Positions 58,358 to 64,000 of a stretch of 64,000 nt of DNA are shown in pieces. The notes beneath the pieces were generated by a model, which worked only from the letters and a program-made list of their open reading frames with translations, was not told where the DNA came from and made no database searches. The stretch spans positions 1 to 64,000 of the forward strand of contig NZ_BAABFP010000008.1 of the NCBI RefSeq assembly GCF_039541115.1, written 5' to 3'. Both the position numbers and the translations under genes were made by a program. Origin of the DNA: Angustibacter luteus (lineage in GTDB: Bacteria > Actinomycetota > Actinomycetes > Actinomycetales > Angustibacteraceae). Within the stretch, counting starts at the first letter, position 1; each line of letters starts with the position of its first letter.

Positions 58358-59650
58358 GTGACGCAGTCCCGCGGTTGGCGGCCCTGGCCCCGCCAGGGCC
58401 GTCGCCGGCGTGCCCTCTTCGCCGCGCTCGTCGCGGCCGTGACCGGGTCGCTGGTCTGGCAGGGCCTGCTCGCCGGGTCCGCGCAGTCCACCGCACCGCT
58501 GCTCACCACGTCGTCCTGGCGGGTGGTCACGGACCCCACGGGCAAGTCCGCCGAGGGCGCCGCCGCCCAGGGGCCGACCGCCGAGAACGCCTGGGTGGCC
58601 CAGGGCAGCGACCCCGGCACGGGGGGACGCTGGGCGGACATGACGCACTGGGCGCTCGTCGACCTGCGCCAGCTGTCCGGCAAGAACGGCTCCATGTCCG
58701 CCGGCGCGGCCCGGTACTGGTCGTACACGTGGCCGCGGGACGCCGCCTTCGCAGCCGCCGCACTGGCCCGCACCGGCCACGTGGGCGAGGCGTGGCAGAT
58801 GATCGACTTCCTGCGCAGCGTGCAGGAGGACGACGGTGGCTTCGAGGCCCGCTACCGCCCGGACGGCACCGGCTCGCCGGACGCCCGTGAGCGCCAGTCG
58901 GACGGCGCGGCCTGGGCGTTGTGGGGCACCGCGCAGGTGCTCGCGCAGACGAAGGACGACGACGCCCGGGTGGCTCAGCTGGTCGCGCACTACGACATGG
59001 TCGACGAGGCGTCCGACTACCTGATGCGGCTCACCTTCTCGGGCACCACGATGCCGCCACCGGGACCGGACTACTGGGAGGTGCCGACCCGCAAGCTGAC
59101 CCTGGGCACCGCGGCTCCCGTGCTCTTCGGGTTGCGCGCCGCGGCCCAGCTCTACGGCGAGCTCGGGTCGCCGGCGCTGGCGACGAGGGCCTCCGGCGCC
59201 GCCGACCAGTACCAGCGCGTGCTCTACCAGACCTTCGCCCGCAAGGGTTTTCAGCGCTATCCCGCGGGCGGTGGCGTGGACGCCGCCATCACCTTCCTGA
59301 TGCCGCCGTTCGTCGAGCACCCGCGAGCCGACGTCGTCCGCGCGTGGCGCAAGTACCAGCGCGACGCCGAGCGCCCCGCGGGCGGCCTCGCCCCGGGGAC
59401 CTCGTGGAAGAACGACGGCATCTCGTGGACGCCAGAGGTCGGCCTGGTCGCGCTGACCGCCGCCGCCTCGGGCGACCAGACCCGCGCCGAGCACTGGCTG
59501 GACTGGCTGGACTGGCACCGCGTCCCGTGGGGCAGCCTGCCCGAGAAGGTCCTGGGCGACGGCTCGCCGGCCGGACCGGCACCACTGGCCTGGACGGCGT
59601 CGTCCGTGCTCATCGCCGTGGCGACGCTGCGCGACCGCGGGACGGGCTGA
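58358..59650 (+). CDS. Exported GH15-like (six-hairpin) glycoside hydrolase
   Basis: N-terminal hydrophobic segment, YTWPRDAAF, DYWE, LPEK and PLAW. Confidence 0.72.
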   Translation: MTQSRGWRPWPRQGRRRRALFAALVAAVTGSLVWQGLLAGSAQSTAPLLTTSSWRVVTDPTGKSAEGAAAQGPTAENAWVAQGSDPGTGGRWADMTHWALVDLRQLSGKNGSMSAGAARYWSYTWPRDAAFAAAALARTGHVGEAWQMIDFLRSVQEDDGGFEARYRPDGTGSPDARERQSDGAAWALWGTAQVLAQTKDDDARVAQLVAHYDMVDEASDYLMRLTFSGTTMPPPGPDYWEVPTRKLTLGTAAPVLFGLRAAAQLYGELGSPALATRASGAADQYQRVLYQTFARKGFQRYPAGGGVDAAITFLMPPFVEHPRADVVRAWRKYQRDAERPAGGLAPGTSWKNDGISWTPEVGLVALTAAASGDQTRAEHWLDWLDWHRVPWGSLPEKVLGDGSPAGPAPLAWTASSVLIAVATLRDRGTG

Positions 59651-59738
59651 GGGCAGGATCGAGCGCAGGTGTCGATCCGGCCGGTCGCCGTTCGTGTAAG
59701 GGGTGACCGACCGACCTGATCGACCTAGGAGGTGCGAC

Positions 59739-60089
59739 ATGCAGCAGTACCTGCTCAGCGTGTACCAGCCCGAGGGCCCCATGCCCGACCAGGAGTTCCT
59801 GGACCAGATCCAGCGCAACCTCGACGAGCTCAACGCCGAGATGCGCGCCGCGGACGCGTGGGTGTTCGCCGGCGGGCTGCACGCCCCCAGCACCGCGACC
59901 GTGGTGCGGGCCAAGGGTGACGAGGTGCTCACCACCGACGGCCCGTTCCTGGAGGCCAAGGAGTACCTCGGCGGCTTCACCATCGTGCAGGCGCCCGACC
60001 TGGACGCCGCGCTCGAGTGGGGTCGCAAGCTGACCCGGGCGACCACGCTGCCCATCGAGGTCCGCCCCTTCTCCTGGCAGACGGACTGA
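59739..60089 (+). CDS. YciI-like (DGPF) protein
   Basis: [15 protein letters not shown] and IEVRP. AGGAGG RBS. Confidence 0.92.
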   Translation: MQQYLLSVYQPEGPMPDQEFLDQIQRNLDELNAEMRAADAWVFAGGLHAPSTATVVRAKGDEVLTTDGPFLEAKEYLGGFTIVQAPDLDAALEWGRKLTRATTLPIEVRPFSWQTD

Positions 60090-60096
60090 GCGGTCC

Positions 60097-61305
60097 GTGG
60101 TCTCGGCGTCCGGGATCGAGCAGGTCTTCCGGGCCGAGTACGGGCGGGCGGTGGCCGTGCTGGTCCGCGTCCTGGGTGACATCGACCTCGCCGAGGAGGC
60201 CGTGCAGGAGGCGTTCACGGTGGCGGTGGCCCGGTGGCCGGACGACGGGCTGCCGCCCAGCCCGGCCGGCTGGATCATCACCACCGCCCGCCGGCGGGCC
60301 ATCGACCGGCTGCGCCGCGAGGCGACCCGGGCCGACCGGCAGGCGCAGGCCGCGCTGTTGCACGCTCAGGACGAGCCCGTCGAGGAGGGCGCCGTGCGCG
60401 ACGACCGGCTCCGCCTGCTCTTCACCTGCTGCCACCCGGCGCTCGCCCGCCCCGCCCAGGTCGCGCTCACCCTGCGGCTGCTGGGCGGCCTGAGCACCGC
60501 GGAGGTGGCCCGGGCGTTCCTCGTGCCCGAGCCGACGATGGCTCAGCGGCTGGTGCGGGCGAAGGGCAAGATCCGGGACGCCCGCATCCCCTACCGGGTG
60601 CCCCGCGAGGCGGACCTGCCGGAGCGGCTCGGCGGGGTGCTCGCCGTGATCTACCTGGTCTTCAACGAGGGTTACACCGCCAGCTCGGGAGCGGAGCTGG
60701 CGCGGACCGACCTCGCCGCCGAGGCCGTGCGGCTGGCCCGGCTGCTCGTCGAGCTCATGCCGGACGAGCCCGAGGCGCTGGGCCTGCTCGCCCTGATGCT
60801 GCTGGTGCGGTCCCGGGAGCCGGCGCGGGTCGGTCCGGACGGCGCGCTGGTGCCGCTCGACAAGCAGGACCGGTCGCGGTGGGACGCCGGGCTGGTCCGC
60901 GAGGGCCAGGACCTGGTGCGCCGCTGCCTGCGGCGCGGCCGGCCGGGGACGTACCAGCTGCAGGCCGCGATCCAGGCGGTGCACAGCGACGCCCTGACCC
61001 TGGCCGCGACCGACTGGCGTGCGGTGCTGCGCCTGTACGACGACCTGCTGGCTGTGGCCCCCACCCCCGTCGTCGCGCTGAACCGGGCGGTCGCCGTGGC
61101 GGAGGTGCAGGGGCCGGCGGCCGGGCTGGCGCTGGTCGACGACGTCGAGCTGCCGCAGTACTACCTGTGGCACGCGGTGCGCGCGGACCTGCTGCGTCGG
61201 CTGGGCCGCGACGGCGAGGCGCGGGCGGCGTACCTCGCCGCGTCGGATCTCACCGACAACGACGCCGAGCGCGCCTTCCTCCTCGTGCAGGCCGGCGCAG
61301 ACTAG
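60097..61305 (+). CDS. ECF sigma factor with C-terminal DUF6596/TPR-like extension
   Basis: [26 protein letters not shown] and YQLQAAI. Paired with the DGPF protein. Confidence 0.9.
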   Translation: MVSASGIEQVFRAEYGRAVAVLVRVLGDIDLAEEAVQEAFTVAVARWPDDGLPPSPAGWIITTARRRAIDRLRREATRADRQAQAALLHAQDEPVEEGAVRDDRLRLLFTCCHPALARPAQVALTLRLLGGLSTAEVARAFLVPEPTMAQRLVRAKGKIRDARIPYRVPREADLPERLGGVLAVIYLVFNEGYTASSGAELARTDLAAEAVRLARLLVELMPDEPEALGLLALMLLVRSREPARVGPDGALVPLDKQDRSRWDAGLVREGQDLVRRCLRRGRPGTYQLQAAIQAVHSDALTLAATDWRAVLRLYDDLLAVAPTPVVALNRAVAVAEVQGPAAGLALVDDVELPQYYLWHAVRADLLRRLGRDGEARAAYLAASDLTDNDAERAFLLVQAGAD

Positions 61306-61318
61306 AACACCAGTTCGA
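61303..61318. promoter_or_regulatory. LexA (SOS) box TAGAAC-ACCA-GTTCGA
   Basis: One mismatch to the actinobacterial consensus TCGAAC-N4-GTTCGA, just upstream of a -10 TAACGT and an AlkB gene. Confidence 0.7.
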
Positions 61319-61339
61319 TTTCAGGTAACGTGGGGCGGC

Positions 61340-61993
61340 ATGACGGCCACCGTGCACGCCGCCCTGCAGGGCGGGCTCCAGGGCTCCCTGCTGGACGTCG
61401 GCGACGAGCTCGAGCTGCGCTCGCTGGGGTCGATGCGGCGGACGATGCTGGGTGACGGCGCCTGGGTCGACCTGCGGCCGGGTTGGCTGGCCGGGTCCGA
61501 CGTTCTGTTCGACCACCTGGTCGAGCACGTCCCGTGGCATGGCGAGCGCCGGCAGATGTACGAGCGGGTGGTCGACGTCCCCCGGTTGCTCAGCCACTAC
61601 GGGGAGGGCGACGCCCTGCCGCACGAGATCCTGACGACGGCTCGCTCCATGCTGGACGCCCGCTACGCCGATGAGCTCGGCGAGCCGTTCGTCACCGCCG
61701 GCCTGTGCCTGTACCGGGACGGTCGCGACAGCGTGGCCTGGCACGGCGACCGCTTCGGCCGCGGCGCCACGCACGACACCATGGTCGCCATCCTGTCGGT
61801 CGGCACCGCCCGCACCCTCGCGCTACGCCCGACCGGTGGCGGCGGCCCGACGCACCACTTCCCGCTCGGGCACGGCGACCTGGTCGTGATGGGCGGGTCG
61901 TGCCAGCGCACCTGGGACCACGCGATCCCGAAGACCACCAAGGCCGTCGGCCCGCGGATCAGCATCCAGTTCCGCCCCCGCGGCGTGCTCTAG
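61340..61993 (+). CDS. AlkB-family 2OG-Fe(II) dioxygenase
   Basis: YRDGRDSVAWHGD (HxD), HAIPK and RISIQFR. Confidence 0.92.
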   Translation: MTATVHAALQGGLQGSLLDVGDELELRSLGSMRRTMLGDGAWVDLRPGWLAGSDVLFDHLVEHVPWHGERRQMYERVVDVPRLLSHYGEGDALPHEILTTARSMLDARYADELGEPFVTAGLCLYRDGRDSVAWHGDRFGRGATHDTMVAILSVGTARTLALRPTGGGGPTHHFPLGHGDLVVMGGSCQRTWDHAIPKTTKAVGPRISIQFRPRGVL

Positions 61994-62019
61994 GCCGGTC
62001 GCCGCACGGGTGATGCGGC

Positions 62020-62868
62020 TCAGTCGGGGATGTAGTCGAACTCGTCGGGGTTGGGGCCGGTGCGCCCCTGCTCCCCGCGGTCGAGGCCGCCGACCGCCGC
62101 GAGCTGGGCGTCGTCCAGCTCGAAGTCGAACAGCTCGAAGTTCTCCTTCACCCGCTCCGGCGTCACGGACTTGGGGAAGATCACGTCACCGCGCTGGATG
62201 TGCCAGCGGAGCACGACCTGCGCCGGGGTGCGCCCGACCTGCTCGGCGACAGCGGTGATCGCCTCGTCGTCCAGCACGCCACCCTGGGCGATCGGTGACC
62301 ACGCCTCGGTGACGATCTGGTGGTCGTGGCCGTACGCGCGCACCTGCTCGTTGGTCAGGAACGGGTGCACCTCGATCTGGTTGACCGCCGGCACCGTGTC
62401 GGTCTCGGCCGCCAGCCGCTGAAGGTGCGCGACCTGGAAGTTGGAGACCCCGATCGACCGCGCCCGACCGTCCTTGGCGAACTCCTCCAGCACCTTCCAG
62501 GTGGAGACGAAGTCGCCGTCGTAGCGCGTCGGCAGCGGCCAGTGGATCAGGAACAGGTCGACGTAGTCCGAGCCGAGCGCCTCCAGCGTGCGGTCGAAGG
62601 CCCGGCGGGCGTCGTCCGGACGGTGGAAACCGTTGTTCAGCTTGCTGGTGATCCACACGTCCTCGCGGTCGAGGTCGCTCTCGCTCACGGCCTGGCCCAC
62701 CTCGCGCTCGTTCCCGTACATCTGGGCCGTGTCGATGTGCCGGTAGCCGATGTCGAGGGCGGCCCGGGTGGCCTGCGCCGTCTGCGCCGGGTCGATCTGG
62801 AAGACGCCGAACCCCAGCTGGGGGATCGCGCGCCCGTCGTTCAACGTGATGGTGGGAACGGTGGTCAC
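62020..62868 (-). CDS. Aldo/keto reductase (2,5-DKG reductase-like)
   Basis: IPQLGFGVFQ, HIDTAQMY, LIHWP and IGVSNF. Confidence 0.94.
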   Translation of the reverse strand: MTTVPTITLNDGRAIPQLGFGVFQIDPAQTAQATRAALDIGYRHIDTAQMYGNEREVGQAVSESDLDREDVWITSKLNNGFHRPDDARRAFDRTLEALGSDYVDLFLIHWPLPTRYDGDFVSTWKVLEEFAKDGRARSIGVSNFQVAHLQRLAAETDTVPAVNQIEVHPFLTNEQVRAYGHDHQIVTEAWSPIAQGGVLDDEAITAVAEQVGRTPAQVVLRWHIQRGDVIFPKSVTPERVKENFELFDFELDDAQLAAVGGLDRGEQGRTGPNPDEFDYIPD

Positions 62869-62965
62869 CGGTCGACTCCTCGGGTGCGGACGTACGGGCG
62901 GACCTAGCGATCCTCGCGGACGCCAGGGCCGCCCGCATCCCGGCGCCCCACCACCACAGCCCTGG

Positions 62966-63451
62966 TCAGCCCCCGGCGAGCAGCTCGTCGAGCTGCTCGT
63001 AGCCCTCGACGACGCCGACGTCCATGCCGCTGGCCATGATCATGTCGCGGATCTCCATCGACTCGACGACCGACAGGACGGTCGTGCGGGTGCGCCCGTC
63101 GCCGAGGTCCTCGAGCGTCAGGGTGTCCAGGCTGACGCCGTCCGGTGCGCCGTCGAAGCTGAAGGTCTGCACGATGCGGTCCTCGCGGACGTCGTGGAAC
63201 GAGCCCCAGAAGCCGGCGATCCGCTCGCCCTCGCGCCAGGCCGTGTAGCGGTAGCTGCCGCCGGTGCGCAGGTCCCAGTGCTCGATCGTCATCTCGAGGT
63301 TGCGCGGACCCATCCAGCGGGCCACCAGCTCGGGGTCGGTCCAGGCGCGGAAGACCTTGTCCCGCGGGTGGTCGAAGTCGCGGACCACCTTCACGGTCGG
63401 CAGCTTCGGGTCGGCCTCGATGCGGGTCTCGTGCGTTGCGGTGGTGGTCAC
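62966..63451 (-). CDS. SRPBCC/AHSA1 domain protein
   Basis: VFRAWTDPELVARW and DLRTGGSYRY. GTGA overlap with the ArsR gene. Confidence 0.9.
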   Translation of the reverse strand: MTTTATHETRIEADPKLPTVKVVRDFDHPRDKVFRAWTDPELVARWMGPRNLEMTIEHWDLRTGGSYRYTAWREGERIAGFWGSFHDVREDRIVQTFSFDGAPDGVSLDTLTLEDLGDGRTRTTVLSVVESMEIRDMIMASGMDVGVVEGYEQLDELLAGG

Positions 63452-63819
63452 GATGCTGCTCCTGCCTGGTCGGGGCCGGTCGTGCGGACCGTGCCGTCGT
63501 CGTCCATCTGGTCGAGCAGGGCGTCGAGGCGGCGGTAGCGCTCCTCGGCCTCCTTCCGGTATCGCTCGATCCACTTCGTCATGAGGTCGAACACCTCCGC
63601 CTCGAGGTGCCGCGGCCGGCGCTGCGCGTCCTTGCTGCCGCTGACCAGCCCGGCGTCCTCCAGCACCCTGAGGTGCTTGGACACGGCCTGGACCGAGACG
63701 TCGTAGGGCTCGGCCAGCTGGCCGACCGTGGCGTCCGCGGTGGCCAGCCGGGCCACCAGGTCACGCCTGATCGGGTCGGCGAGGGCCGCGAACACCCGGG
63801 AGAGCTGGTCGTCCGCCAC
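63448..63819 (-). CDS. ArsR/SmtB family regulator
   Basis: VFAALADPIRR and AVSKHLRVLEDAGLV. AAGGAGG RBS. Confidence 0.92.
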   Translation of the reverse strand: MADDQLSRVFAALADPIRRDLVARLATADATVGQLAEPYDVSVQAVSKHLRVLEDAGLVSGSKDAQRRPRHLEAEVFDLMTKWIERYRKEAEERYRRLDALLDQMDDDGTVRTTGPDQAGAAS

Positions 63820-63832
63820 GACGCCTCCTTCG

Positions 63833-63894
63833 TCAACCGTTTGGTTGAGGACGACGCTACGGCCGCCTCCAGCCGTTGTCAACCCTTTGGTTGA
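63833..63894. promoter_or_regulatory. Two TCAACC-N4-GGTTGA palindromes, candidate ArsR operators
   Basis: At 63833-63848 and 63879-63894, upstream of the ArsR gene. Confidence 0.75.
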
Positions 63895-63926
63895 ATAAAC
63901 GGCGCAACCGCCCTGGCAAAGCAGGA

Positions 63927-63955
63927 ACGGCGACCCGCTCGATGCAGGTCGCCGT
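63927..63955 (-). terminator. Hairpin downstream of tRNA-Ala
   Basis: 9-bp stem ACGGCGACC/GGTCGCCGT. Confidence 0.5.
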
Positions 63956-63970
63956 CCTCAGGTGATCGGG

Positions 63971-64000
63971 TGGAGCTGAGGGGACTCGAACCCCTGACCC
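63971..64000 (-). tRNA. tRNA-Ala, 3' portion only (anticodon outside window)
   Basis: Minus strand reads GGGTC-AGGGG-TTCGAGT-CCCCT-CAGCTCC-A, i.e. a T-arm and an Ala-type acceptor end. Confidence 0.8.

Noticed and set aside
63971..64000. tRNA-Ala 3' end as an integration (att) site
   Set aside because: No integrase or second copy of the sequence was seen in the window. It cannot be judged without the flanking sequence.

Overview
High-GC actinobacterial chromosome segment. No phage, intact IS, CRISPR or rRNA was seen. 1-26,100 is an accessory surface-glycan locus: priming glycosyltransferase, several GT2/GT4 enzymes, Wzx flippase, Wzy-like membrane protein, Wzz/BY-kinase, cytidylyltransferase, CDP-alcohol phosphotransferase and a DUF6492-like protein. 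It is interleaved with a lipoprotein and three large secreted beta-rich proteins that share an unnamed ~200-aa domain. Its intergenic regions carry matches to the BldD (c-di-GMP receptor) box, the Wzy-like protein begins with an IS3-transposase-like HTH, and two GT4 genes are fused in frame across a C6 tract. 26,100-57,000 is conserved backbone (pth-rplY, prs-glmU-tRNA-Gln, TetR, tam/tamR, ABC-F, ispE-rsmA-rpfB, tatD-metG, rsmI) with two inserted cassettes: sulfate ABC + Rrf2, and sugar ABC + GH4 + PfkB + arfB. 57,000-64,000 holds pmt, a GH15-like gene, YciI/ECF sigma, alkB with an SOS box, an aldo-keto reductase, ArsR/SRPBCC and the 3' end of a tRNA-Ala. All product calls come from motif recognition by eye; no database searches were run.
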